This document shows, one piece after another, positions 10,771 through 19,940 of a stretch of DNA of 64,000 bases. The translations under genes and the position numbers were made by a program. The stretch comes from Gammaproteobacteria bacterium (GTDB lineage Bacteria; Pseudomonadota; Gammaproteobacteria; Ga0077554; Ga007554): the NCBI GenBank assembly GCA_023266055.1, contig JAHFRW010000001.1, positions 25,153 through 89,152 of the forward strand, in the 5' to 3' direction. The notes under the pieces are model-generated. The model did not search any database. It saw only the letters and a program-made list of their open reading frames with translations, and was not told the origin of the DNA. Within the stretch, counting starts at the first letter, position 1; every line of letters starts with the position of its first letter.

Positions 10771-10938
10771 AGAAGGCCGAATTACCCTAGATTTTTGTTG
10801 AAGTTTTTTAAACAGCATCCATGATTGGAACAATGTTGTCGATAAAGGTTTTACGGATACTCTGGATTGGTTATATAACATGGGTACGGGGTAAGAGTAC
10901 AATAACCCTTATTCCTGGTGAGGTGCTTTGAAAGCCAT

Positions 10939-11433
10939 ATGCAAATAGCAGATTTAGTAACCCTTGAACGTGTTGCCTGCAATGTCAAAATCAGCAGCAA
11001 GAAGCGCATGTTCGAATTGTTGGCCGAGTTACTTGCAAAAAATCAGCAGGGTTTGACCCAGCCGGAAATCATGGAGAGTCTGCTGGCGCGAGAACGCCTT
11101 GGCAGCACAGGTTTGGGCCACGGTGTGGCCATTCCACATGGCCGCAGTAAAAAACTGAGCCAGGCGATTGGCGCGTTTGTGCAGCTGCAAGAGGGCATAG
11201 ATTTTGACGCCCTCGATAATCAACCGGTAGACCTGTTATTTGTTTTGCTGGTGCCGGAGCAGTGTACTGACGAGCATCTGCAAATATTGGCGAGTCTGGC
11301 TAAAATGCTGGGAGATGAAGAGATGCGTGACAGACTCCATACGGCCAGAAGTTGTGAAGAATTGTGTGGATTAATGGCTGTTTCCGATAAACGAGAACAG
11401 GGTGTTGATATGCCCCGCATGACACATACCTGA
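10939..11433 (+). CDS. ptsN: Nitrogen-regulatory PTS protein EIIA-Ntr
   Basis: GLGHGVAIPHGR is the active-site His region, and the gene lies downstream of rpoN. Confidence 0.9.
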   Translation: MQIADLVTLERVACNVKISSKKRMFELLAELLAKNQQGLTQPEIMESLLARERLGSTGLGHGVAIPHGRSKKLSQAIGAFVQLQEGIDFDALDNQPVDLLFVLLVPEQCTDEHLQILASLAKMLGDEEMRDRLHTARSCEELCGLMAVSDKREQGVDMPRMTHT

Positions 11434-11438
11434 CGCCT

Positions 11439-12443
11439 ATGCCCTCATCCCTTGCCACTGGCGTGTTGTTTGACTACCACCGCGAGAAGTTGATGCTGGA
11501 GTGGTTGGCGGGGCGTGCGGGTGAGGGGCGCACCATTAATTTGTACAAGCATCCCTCTGTCATTAGCTCCGCTACGTGCGGATCGTTGCCGGTATCATCT
11601 CGTGTTGCCAATGTTGCATTGGTAGGGCACCTTAATCTTATCTATCCCAATCGGATACAGGTGTTAGGTATTTCGGAATTGTCCTATCTGACCGGGTTAG
11701 GCAAAAATTCACATGATGATGCGCTACGGCAGCTGTTTGACGGTGAGCCTGCATCCATCATTATTGCTGATCAGCAACACGCGCCCGAAGATCTGACGGC
11801 CGAGCTGATTCGTTATGCCGAACTGACGGGCACGGCGTTATTTGCCTCGCCATTGTCCGGCGATGCGCTGGTGAATCACCTGCAATATTACCTGGCCAAC
11901 TTTCTGGCTGATAAGGTCATATTGCATGGAGTATTTATGGAGGTATTGGGTATAGGCGTCTTGCTTACAGGCGATAGTGGCATGGGCAAGAGTGAATTGG
12001 CTCTGGAGCTGGTTAGTCGCGGAAATCGTCTTATTGCGGATGATTCCCCGGAGTTTTCGCGTGTGGCACCTGATACATTGAATGGCACTTGCCCGGCATT
12101 ATTACGGGATTTTCTCGAAGTTCGCGGGTTGGGGGTGTTGAATATCCGCGCCATGTTTGGCGATAGCGCGATCAAGAATAATAAATATCTGCGACTGATT
12201 ATTCATCTTAAACAAATGAACGATGAAGAGTTGCGGAACATGGATCGCTTGCAGGGTAATCACAGTATTTCCAAGATTCTCGATGTTGATGTGCCGCAAA
12301 CAGCATTACCGGTAGCGCCAGGGCGCAATCTTGCGGTGCTGGTTGAAGGTGCGGTACGTAATCATATCTTGTCCTTTAGTGGTTATAGTGCAGCCAATGA
12401 TTTTACAGAACGACAACGTCAATACATGGCACAAAATCAGTGA
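11439..12443 (+). CDS. hprK: HPr kinase/phosphorylase
   Basis: The P-loop GDSGMGKSELALELVSRGNRLIADD and the motif FLEVRGLG are HprK/P signatures. Confidence 0.92.
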   Translation: MPSSLATGVLFDYHREKLMLEWLAGRAGEGRTINLYKHPSVISSATCGSLPVSSRVANVALVGHLNLIYPNRIQVLGISELSYLTGLGKNSHDDALRQLFDGEPASIIIADQQHAPEDLTAELIRYAELTGTALFASPLSGDALVNHLQYYLANFLADKVILHGVFMEVLGIGVLLTGDSGMGKSELALELVSRGNRLIADDSPEFSRVAPDTLNGTCPALLRDFLEVRGLGVLNIRAMFGDSAIKNNKYLRLIIHLKQMNDEELRNMDRLQGNHSISKILDVDVPQTALPVAPGRNLAVLVEGAVRNHILSFSGYSAANDFTERQRQYMAQNQ

Positions 12444-13291
12444 TGAAACTGCTCATTGTTAGTGGATTGTCCGGCTCTGGCAAGAGTATTGCGCTCCATG
12501 CGTTAGAAGATCTGAATTACTATTGCATTGATAATCTTCCCATGGAGTTATTGTCAGCATTCGCCGGCCAGATGGCCAGCGCCAAGAGTCAATATAGTGA
12601 CTCTGCAGTGGGTGTTGATGCGCGTAATCTGGCGACCGACTTCCAGAATTTTCCGAAAATTATCAGTAGTATTAGAAGCGCCGGATTACAATGCGAGATA
12701 TTTTTTCTGGATGCTGATGATGGTACGTTGTTCAAACGATTTAGTGAGACCCGCCGTAAGCACCCCTTGACGCGTGCCGAGGTATCACTTGCCGAGGCGA
12801 TACGTGCCGAACGCAGACTGCTTGAGCCTATTGCAGCGCTTGCCGATTGGCACATTGATACCAGTCGTACCAATATTCATCAATTGCGTAGTTTGATCCA
12901 GTCACGTGTGGCACGACAAGTGTCATTGTCGCTGTCCTTTATTTCTTTTGGCTACAAGCATGGTGTACCTGTGGATGCCGACTTTGTGTTTGATGTGCGA
13001 TGCCTGCCTAACCCGCATTGGGAGCCGCCCATGCGACTGTTAACAGGGTTGGACACGGACGTGGTCAGTTTTCTGGAGAGCCATTCTCTTGTAGGGCAGA
13101 TGTTTGAGGATATCAAATCATTTCTGGAAACGTGGATCCCACGATTTGAGGCCGAAAATCGCAATTATGTGACCGTCGCCATTGGGTGTACGGGTGGGCA
13201 GCATCGTTCTGTGTATCTGGTGGAACGGCTGGCCGCCTATTTTTTAAGTACGCGACCTAATGTATTGAGACGCCATAGAGAGTTGGCTTGA
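12443..13291 (+). CDS. rapZ: RNase adapter protein RapZ (YhbJ)
   Basis: MKLLIVSGLSGSGKSIALHALEDLNYYCIDNLP matches RapZ. There is an ATGA overlap with the hprK stop. Confidence 0.93.
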   Translation: MKLLIVSGLSGSGKSIALHALEDLNYYCIDNLPMELLSAFAGQMASAKSQYSDSAVGVDARNLATDFQNFPKIISSIRSAGLQCEIFFLDADDGTLFKRFSETRRKHPLTRAEVSLAEAIRAERRLLEPIAALADWHIDTSRTNIHQLRSLIQSRVARQVSLSLSFISFGYKHGVPVDADFVFDVRCLPNPHWEPPMRLLTGLDTDVVSFLESHSLVGQMFEDIKSFLETWIPRFEAENRNYVTVAIGCTGGQHRSVYLVERLAAYFLSTRPNVLRRHRELA

Positions 13292-13689
13292 TGATTGGAT
13301 TATTGATAATCACTCATAATAATATTGGTGCCGAGTTGGTTAAAACGGCTACGGTGATGTTGGGCATGTGTCCGATAATGGCGCAGGTGCTGACGGTCAT
13401 GCCAAATAGTGATCCTGATGTTGTATTGAGTGAGGCGCGGCGTTATTTGCGCGATCTCAACCACGGGGAAGGGGTGCTGGTATTAACGGATATGTATGGA
13501 TCAACTCCCAGTAATATCGCCGCGCATCTTGCGGATGAAAATCAGGTAAAGGTTATCGCGGGTATCAATTTGCCGATGCTGGTACGTGTACTTAATTATC
13601 CACAACTTGGTTTGCATGAATTGGCAGAGAAGGCGCTCAGTGGTGGGCGTGATGGTATCTTGTTATGTAAGCCCCTGTCGGAGGAATGA
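13291..13689 (+). CDS. PTS EIIA component, mannose/fructose family
   Basis: IGLLIITHNNIGAEL (active-site His) and LVLTDMYGSTPSN match the family. There is an ATGA overlap with the rapZ stop. Confidence 0.8.
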   Translation: MIGLLIITHNNIGAELVKTATVMLGMCPIMAQVLTVMPNSDPDVVLSEARRYLRDLNHGEGVLVLTDMYGSTPSNIAAHLADENQVKVIAGINLPMLVRVLNYPQLGLHELAEKALSGGRDGILLCKPLSEE

Positions 13690-13697
13690 TTTTTATT

Positions 13698-13967
13698 ATG
13701 GTGCGCAAAGAAATTATAATTATTAATAAACTGGGTTTACATGCCCGGGCTGCCTCCAAGTTTGTAATTCTGGCATCGGGGTTCAAAAGTGAAATCTACC
13801 TGGCGCGTGCTGATCGTGAAGTTAATGGAAAAAGTATCATGGGTGTCATGATGCTGGCTGCTGGTCGCGGTACATCCATAACATTGACCGCGGAAGGTGA
13901 TGACGAACTGGTTGCAGCACAGGCGCTGGAGAATTTGATTAATGAACGTTTTGGCGAAGATGAGTAA
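13698..13967 (+). CDS. ptsH: Phosphocarrier protein HPr/NPr
   Basis: NKLGLHARAASKFV carries His15 and NGKSIMGVM carries the Ser46 context that HprK would target. The start could instead be ATG 13686. Confidence 0.88.
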   Translation: MVRKEIIIINKLGLHARAASKFVILASGFKSEIYLARADREVNGKSIMGVMMLAAGRGTSITLTAEGDDELVAAQALENLINERFGEDE

Positions 13968-14097
13968 GTTTATCCAGAGACGAAAAGAAAAAATATAACG
14001 TTTACTTTCCGCCACTCTTTATGCCGCAGGGATTTTCGGATAAATCAGAGATTTTTTAATAATAACTGGTTTTTTACAGGATGGTTGTTCTGGCGCT

Positions 14098-15834
14098 ATG
14101 GGATTGATACTGACAGGGGTGGGTGTATCAAAAGGCATTGCCATTGGCAATGCCTGCCTGCTGAAAGGTGATCAACTTGAAATTAATGAATATGTTTTAC
14201 CTAAACATTTAATCGCTGAAGAAGTCGCCCGGTTTCGCCTGGCGCTGGCTACAGCCAGAAAACAGCTTAAAGACATCCATCGAAAAATTCCTCGCAATAC
14301 GCCGGTTGATATTGCTTCTTTTCTTGACACGCACTTGTTGATGCTGGATGACAGTGCGTTATCTGATGCCCCTGTGAAGTTGATAAAAACCCAGCAATGC
14401 AACGCAGAATGGGCATTGATGCAACAACGTGATATGTTGGTGAGTGTGTTTGATGCCATGGATGATATCTATCTGCGTACCCGCAAGGATGACGTTGATC
14501 ATGTGGTGCATCGTGTTTTACGCATTTTACTGAATCATGCCCCTCATTCTTTTGAAGCTCCTGATAGTCGACTTGCCGGTGGCATTGTGGTGGTAGAAGA
14601 TTTATCTCCTGCCGATTCATTGCTGATGCACCAGCAGGGTGTGGCCGCTTTTGTAACCGAGTCAGGAGGCGTGACTTCACACACTACCATCCTGGCGCGT
14701 AGCCTGGGTGTGTCTGCCGTGGCGGGTGTACGCCATGCGCGACGCGATATTCCACATAACGCCATGTTGATTATTGATGGTCAGCAAGGGTTGGTGCTGG
14801 TTGATCCTGATGAGCACGCATTGCGTTATTTTCGTGCCAGACAGCGTGAAGAAAAACGCTACGCTGTTGCGCTCACCAGACTCAAGGATCAGCCTGCGGT
14901 GACGCGTGATGGTGTGGCTATTGCGCTGCATGCCAATGTTGAATTGCCTGAGGATTTTCATTCATTGAAGCGGGTTGGGGCAGAAGGTGTAGGTTTGTAT
15001 CGTACGGAATTTCTTTTTATGAACCGTACGCATCTTCCTGATGAGGAAGAGCAGTTGCAAGCCTATTTACGCATTGTCCGTGGCATGAAGGGCGCACCTG
15101 TAACAATTCGAACACTCGATCTGGGGGCAGACAAAATGTTGAATGGATATCAGGCGGGCACCCAGAATGCCATCAATCCTGCGTTAGGGTTGCGTGCCGT
15201 GCGTTTATGCCTGAAGGAACCACTGTTATTTCGTCCGCAGTTACGTGCGATTCTACGTGCTTCAGCGTATGGTGCAGTACGGATGATGGTGCCCATGTTG
15301 ACCACGCCTTACGAGTTGACGCAGGTTTTGCAGCTGGTGCGCCAGATACAGGAGGAATTGCGGAGTGAAGGGTGCAAGTATGATGAAAATATGCCAGTGG
15401 GTGGTATGATTGAAGTGCCCGCTGCAGCGTTGATGGCGGATGCGTTTGCGCGTCAACTGGATTTCATGTCTATCGGCACCAATGATCTGATTCAATACAC
15501 GTTGGCGACGGATCGTATTAATGAAGCGGTAAACTATCTTTATAACCCTTTGCACCCTGGTGTGTTGCGGTTGATCAATATGACTATTGGTGCGGGTCGT
15601 AAGGCGGGTAAGCCGGTTGCCATGTGTGGCGAAATGGCGGGTGATGTGCGGTATACCCGGTTGTTATTGGGGATGGGACTGAGCGAGTTCAGTATGCATC
15701 CGGCAATGTTGCTGGAAATCAAAAGTATTGTTCAGGACAGCAGTTTGACCGATTTAGGGAAAATGGCGCGTAAAGTATTGAAATGTTCAGATCCCGATGA
15801 GATTAATGTTCTGGTAGACAGGATGAATGCCTGA
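14098..15834 (+). CDS. ptsI: Phosphoenolpyruvate-protein phosphotransferase (Enzyme I), without an N-terminal GAF domain
   Basis: TSHTTILARSLG (active-site His), GLYRTEFLF and SIGTNDLIQY are present. At 578 aa the length matches sugar-type EI. Confidence 0.92.
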   Translation: MGLILTGVGVSKGIAIGNACLLKGDQLEINEYVLPKHLIAEEVARFRLALATARKQLKDIHRKIPRNTPVDIASFLDTHLLMLDDSALSDAPVKLIKTQQCNAEWALMQQRDMLVSVFDAMDDIYLRTRKDDVDHVVHRVLRILLNHAPHSFEAPDSRLAGGIVVVEDLSPADSLLMHQQGVAAFVTESGGVTSHTTILARSLGVSAVAGVRHARRDIPHNAMLIIDGQQGLVLVDPDEHALRYFRARQREEKRYAVALTRLKDQPAVTRDGVAIALHANVELPEDFHSLKRVGAEGVGLYRTEFLFMNRTHLPDEEEQLQAYLRIVRGMKGAPVTIRTLDLGADKMLNGYQAGTQNAINPALGLRAVRLCLKEPLLFRPQLRAILRASAYGAVRMMVPMLTTPYELTQVLQLVRQIQEELRSEGCKYDENMPVGGMIEVPAAALMADAFARQLDFMSIGTNDLIQYTLATDRINEAVNYLYNPLHPGVLRLINMTIGAGRKAGKPVAMCGEMAGDVRYTRLLLGMGLSEFSMHPAMLLEIKSIVQDSSLTDLGKMARKVLKCSDPDEINVLVDRMNA

Positions 15835-15920
15835 GTCCGGATATGTAAAGTTGTAATTTTTATTTCCAATTCTCCTGCATTTTTCATACACTTGCGGCTA
15901 TTAACCAAAAAAGCCGACCG

Positions 15921-17288
15921 ATGACTGAATCCTCCCCACAAGAAACACGTCAAGGACGTATCAAGACCCTGACCACTGCGCTGGCGACAGCGCTGGAAAG
16001 TGGGGCGTTGATTAACGTCCGTAAAATGCTCAATAGTTTACACCCGGCGGAAATCGCACGGCTTCTGGAGTCCCTGCCAGCACGTGAGCGGCGTTTGGCA
16101 TGGGAGCTGATTGAGGCTGACCTGGAAGGCGATGTGCTGTCCTATGCCGGTGACGAGGTACGCATACTGCTGATGCGGGAAATGGATGCGCAGGAGCTGG
16201 TCGCGGCCACGGAAGGACTGGATACAGATGACCTGGTGGATATTTTACAGGATTTACCTGATGTAGTTATCCATACCGTGTTGCATTCCATGGACGAGCA
16301 GGATCGCTACCGTGTGGTGTCGGCGTTGTCTTACCCCGAAGATACTGCCGGTGGGTTAATGAACACGGATACCATTACGGTACGTCCTGATGTGACACTG
16401 GATGTGGTGTTGCGCTACTTGCGTCAACGTGGCGAAATTCCCGAAACCACTGACAGCCTGATTGTGGTGACGCGCGCGGATCAATACATTGGCTTGTTAT
16501 CGTTGGCGGATCTATTGACGCGTAATCCTGCACTGACGGTTGCTGAAGTCATGATACGTGATGTGGCAGGTATTCCTGCCAGCCTGCCTGTCAATGAGGT
16601 AGCGCACCTGTTTGAACAGCATGATTTGATCTCTGCACCTGTAGTCGATGTTGATGGCAGTCTGTTGGGCCGTATTACCATTGACGATGTGGTTGATGTG
16701 ATTCGCGATGAAGCGGAGCATTCTGTGATGAGTATGGCGGGACTGCACGAAGAAGATATTTTTGCACCGGTTGTCGCCAGTGCGCGCCGTCGTGGAGTAT
16801 GGTTGGGCATTAACCTGGCCACGGCATTTCTGGCGTCATGGGTGATTGGTCTGTTTGAGGCAACTCTCCAGCAAATCGTTGCGCTTGCTGTACTCATGCC
16901 GATTGTTGCCAGCATGGGCGGCATTGCCGGTAGTCAAACCATTACGCTTGTCATCCGAGGTATGGCATTGGGACGGGTTGGCGTCGCGAATGCACGGCGA
17001 TTGATTATGAAAGAACTTGCAGTGGGTGCCTTGAACGGGCTGTTATGGGCCATTGTCGTGGCGTTAGTGGCGGGCCTGTGGTTTCAGGATGCCAGGATCG
17101 GCGCCATCATTGGTGCTGCCATGATTATTAATCTGGTAGTAGCAGCGTCAGCGGGAGCCATGTTGCCATTAATAATTCGCAGAATGGGCGTAGATCCTGC
17201 TTTGGCTGGTACAGTCATTTTAACCACTATCACCGATGTCGTCGGCTTTATGGCATTTTTGGGTCTGGCAACGATATTTTTGCTGTAA
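15921..17288 (+). CDS. mgtE: Magnesium transporter MgtE
   Basis: An MgtE N-domain, tandem CBS domains and a C-terminal TM domain (GGIAGSQTITLVIRGMALG) are present. Confidence 0.95.
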   Translation: MTESSPQETRQGRIKTLTTALATALESGALINVRKMLNSLHPAEIARLLESLPARERRLAWELIEADLEGDVLSYAGDEVRILLMREMDAQELVAATEGLDTDDLVDILQDLPDVVIHTVLHSMDEQDRYRVVSALSYPEDTAGGLMNTDTITVRPDVTLDVVLRYLRQRGEIPETTDSLIVVTRADQYIGLLSLADLLTRNPALTVAEVMIRDVAGIPASLPVNEVAHLFEQHDLISAPVVDVDGSLLGRITIDDVVDVIRDEAEHSVMSMAGLHEEDIFAPVVASARRRGVWLGINLATAFLASWVIGLFEATLQQIVALAVLMPIVASMGGIAGSQTITLVIRGMALGRVGVANARRLIMKELAVGALNGLLWAIVVALVAGLWFQDARIGAIIGAAMIINLVVAASAGAMLPLIIRRMGVDPALAGTVILTTITDVVGFMAFLGLATIFLL

Positions 17289-17305
17289 CGTGAGAGAGGA
17301 AGAAA

Positions 17306-17336
17306 CCCGTTGTGGCAAAGTGTGTTCCACAACGGG
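17306..17336 (-). terminator. Stem-loop between the convergent mgtE and hpf genes; likely intrinsic terminator for hpf
   Basis: CCCGTTGTGG (17306-17315) pairs with CCACAACGGG (17327-17336). On the minus strand the stem is followed by TTTCTTCC. Confidence 0.6.
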
Positions 17337-17361
17337 CTGAACATACACAAGATGGGATGGG

Positions 17362-17688
17362 TTAATGTGTTTTTACATCGCCGCGCTGACGATGTGCGAA
17401 CTCCTGTAACTGCCGACGTGCGGCGTCAAAGGCATCGCGGATGGCGACATACAGATCTTCGTGAGATTCCCGCTTTACCACCAGTTCTGATCCAGGTACG
17501 GTTAAGTCAATACGCACGTTATACAACATGCCTTGATGCTGGTGGCGGTGCGGAGTTTCAACCAGTACACGGCAGCTCATGATTTTGTCATAAAATGTAT
17601 CCAGTTTGGCCGCTTTTTCCCGGATCGACTGATCGGCCACCTCGGAAAGGGAGACATCACGTGCTGTGATCTGTAATGGTAGTTTCAT
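17362..17688 (-). CDS. hpf: Ribosome hibernation promoting factor (short HPF/RaiA family)
   Basis: MKLPLQITARDVSLSEVADQSIREKAAKLDTFYDKIMSCRVLVE matches the family. An AAGGAG Shine-Dalgarno precedes ATG 17688. Confidence 0.9.
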   Translation of the reverse strand: MKLPLQITARDVSLSEVADQSIREKAAKLDTFYDKIMSCRVLVETPHRHQHQGMLYNVRIDLTVPGSELVVKRESHEDLYVAIRDAFDAARRQLQEFAHRQRGDVKTH

Positions 17689-18281
17689 ATTGATCTCCTT
17701 GAGTGTTAACAAAGACGTGTTGATAAATTGCTCTGGTGCGCAAGAACCCGATCCAGACTAGGTGCATTCTGCAATGACTGGAGAACCTTTTCCCAAGGTG
17801 AGCACTTCCCTGTCATCCTCCGGCTCAAATTCTCGGTACTCCCGTGGGAATCCGTTTGATCTTCCCGATTTCTCAAGTTACCCTAATTACGAAAAATTCT
17901 CAAATGTTTAGAAGGTTCTTTTGCGCAGGGTAAAAACAGCTAAAATAACTCCACGGGTTGGAGTCTCTATCAAGTATATATCCAAAGGTGATGGTCGTGA
18001 TATAGATTTGTATAACAATATGAATTTTATATTAAAAATTAAAGTTTCAGGCAAAGGGCCGTCAAGATGAAGCAGTGCTTCAGGATGGGCGGGCACTCCC
18101 TCGCGTAGCGCTCAAGTCAACCTTTGTCTGGTCGATACATAGCTTGAATTGGTCTGTACCTTGAGCTATAACATTATTATGGCAGGCTGGAGGTCTGGAT
18201 CAGGTCTGTGGCGGCGCATATTTTGCACTATGTATTATGCGTTGCGGCGAGCCGCGTTCTTTAAGCAAAAATGGAGGAGTA

Positions 18282-18578
18282 ATGACAACACTTGTTGAGC
18301 CTGTAATAGGTGAGTGGTACAAAATGCCCGAAGGTGAGGTTTTTGAGGTTGTCGCTATTAATGACCATGATGGCACGATTGATGTGCAATATAATGACGG
18401 CACAGTAGGCGAGTTTGATGTGGAAACGTGGGGCGCACTGGAGCTGGTAACGGTTGCACCGCCGGATAATGCTACGGGCGCCTATGATGATATTGACGGC
18501 GATGATTATCGTAGCATCAGCGATCTGGACGGTGTGGGTGATGATTGGGTGCAAAATAATCTGGATGATTATGATTGA
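18282..18578 (+). CDS. Small, very acidic hypothetical protein (98 aa)
   Basis: A GGAGGAG Shine-Dalgarno lies just upstream of ATG 18282. The sequence is MTTLVEPVIGEWYKMPEGEVFEVVAINDHDGTIDVQYNDGTVGEFDVETW followed by a D/G-rich tail. I recognise no function. Confidence 0.55.
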   Translation: MTTLVEPVIGEWYKMPEGEVFEVVAINDHDGTIDVQYNDGTVGEFDVETWGALELVTVAPPDNATGAYDDIDGDDYRSISDLDGVGDDWVQNNLDDYD

Positions 18579-18599
18579 AAGATGCAGAAGCCGACATCT

Positions 18600-19304
18600 C
18601 TAGTTTTTCAGGGCCAGTAACCAGCGGCTATATAGTGCATCTGCCACCTGGTGTAATTCGGCAATGCGTGTTTCCAACTGTTCTGTCATTTGCTCAGCAT
18701 TTTGTACGGTGTGTGAAGGATTCGCAAGCTCATGGGGTGATTCACGTACCCACTCCACTACCATATTGGCGGTCATCTCTACGTGGCATTGTAGGCCTAA
18801 GATGTTATTAATCACAAACCCCTGATTGGCACAATGCTGACTTTTCAGAATATGCGTTGCACCGCCGGGAAGGCTAAATGTCTCACCGTGCCAGTGAAAC
18901 ATTAACAGGCGTCTGGGTAACCCCTCAAGCCATGTGCGTGCCACTGCATTATCCGTTTGTTCAACATCAAGCCATCCAATTTCTTTTACGGGGTTCGCCG
19001 TAATGCTACCTCCCAACGCCTTGCTGATAAGCTGGCTGCCCAGGCAATGGCCCAATACCGGCATATTCACAGCGGTCGCCTGACGGATCAACGCCAGCTC
19101 CTGATTAATCCACGGTAGTGGGTCGTTCACGCTCATGTTGCCACCCATAAAGACTAGTGCACTGGCGTGCGCTATGCTCTCAGGTACGGCATCACCCTGA
19201 TCGATACGAATCACTGTATAAGGAATATGCCGCTGCTCCAGAAAGTCCGCGAAATAACCTGGACCTTCGTGTTCAAGATGGCGAAAGATATAAACTGGTT
19301 TCAT
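18600..19304 (-). CDS. Class I glutamine amidotransferase-like protein
   Basis: LVFMGGNMSVND...PVLGHCLGSQL carries the nucleophile Cys elbow of GATase1. Confidence 0.8.
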   Translation of the reverse strand: MKPVYIFRHLEHEGPGYFADFLEQRHIPYTVIRIDQGDAVPESIAHASALVFMGGNMSVNDPLPWINQELALIRQATAVNMPVLGHCLGSQLISKALGGSITANPVKEIGWLDVEQTDNAVARTWLEGLPRRLLMFHWHGETFSLPGGATHILKSQHCANQGFVINNILGLQCHVEMTANMVVEWVRESPHELANPSHTVQNAEQMTEQLETRIAELHQVADALYSRWLLALKN

Positions 19305-19337
19305 GGTTGGCTTCCTGGTGTGATGGGTCGGGTATTT

Positions 19338-19925
19338 TCAGAGCATGTCTTTGTAGTCGGGCAATGTCTTGATGCGATCAATCCATGCCTGTATCGCGGG
19401 ATAATGCTCGAGTGTGATACCCGCATCCGGTGCAAGGAGCACATAGGGATAGCAGGCAATGTCGGCGATAGTGGGGTGTTTTAGTGCCAGCCAGTCACGG
19501 TTTTCGAGATGTTGTTCCATCACTTCCAAAATACCGGTGCCGATAGTCTGGTATTCCTGCAAGTCTCCCGCGCGCTTGAAAAGAAGCATTGCGCGTGCGC
19601 GTGCGATACCGTAGAGAATTTCATTTTGGGCGACAGCCAGCCATTGACCCACCATCGCCAACTCTATGGCATCCCGTGGTAACCATGACTCATTACCATA
19701 GCGGCGCGCCAGATACATCAATATAGCCGTGGAATCCCATATGACAAGATCATGGTCTTCCAGTACCGGAACCTGCCCACGTGGATTGAGCTTCAGGAAC
19801 ATGGCGGTTCGGGTGTCTCCGGCAGCGGTATTCACGGGAATGGTTTCATATTCCTTGTCCAGCAATGAAAGAAACAGGCGAACCTTATAGCAGTTTCCTG
19901 ACAGCGATATGTCATATAGTTTCAT
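19338..19925 (-). CDS. Glutathione S-transferase family protein
   Basis: The N-terminal thioredoxin-like region reads LNPRGQVPVLEDHDLVIWDSTAILMYLARRYG. Confidence 0.85.
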   Translation of the reverse strand: MKLYDISLSGNCYKVRLFLSLLDKEYETIPVNTAAGDTRTAMFLKLNPRGQVPVLEDHDLVIWDSTAILMYLARRYGNESWLPRDAIELAMVGQWLAVAQNEILYGIARARAMLLFKRAGDLQEYQTIGTGILEVMEQHLENRDWLALKHPTIADIACYPYVLLAPDAGITLEHYPAIQAWIDRIKTLPDYKDML

Positions 19926-19940
19926 GATACTTGCCTTGTG

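Noticed and set aside
17736-17928. Possible 6S RNA (shared GGTGAGCA string, closing stem about 190 nt apart) or ykkC-type riboswitch (TAGGGT...CCGAGA...CCGGAGGA on the minus strand)
   Set aside because: The similarities are short strings only. I could not build the characteristic 6S central bubble or the ykkC P1-P3 architecture by hand. It is kept only as a generic structured-RNA candidate pending a covariance-model search.
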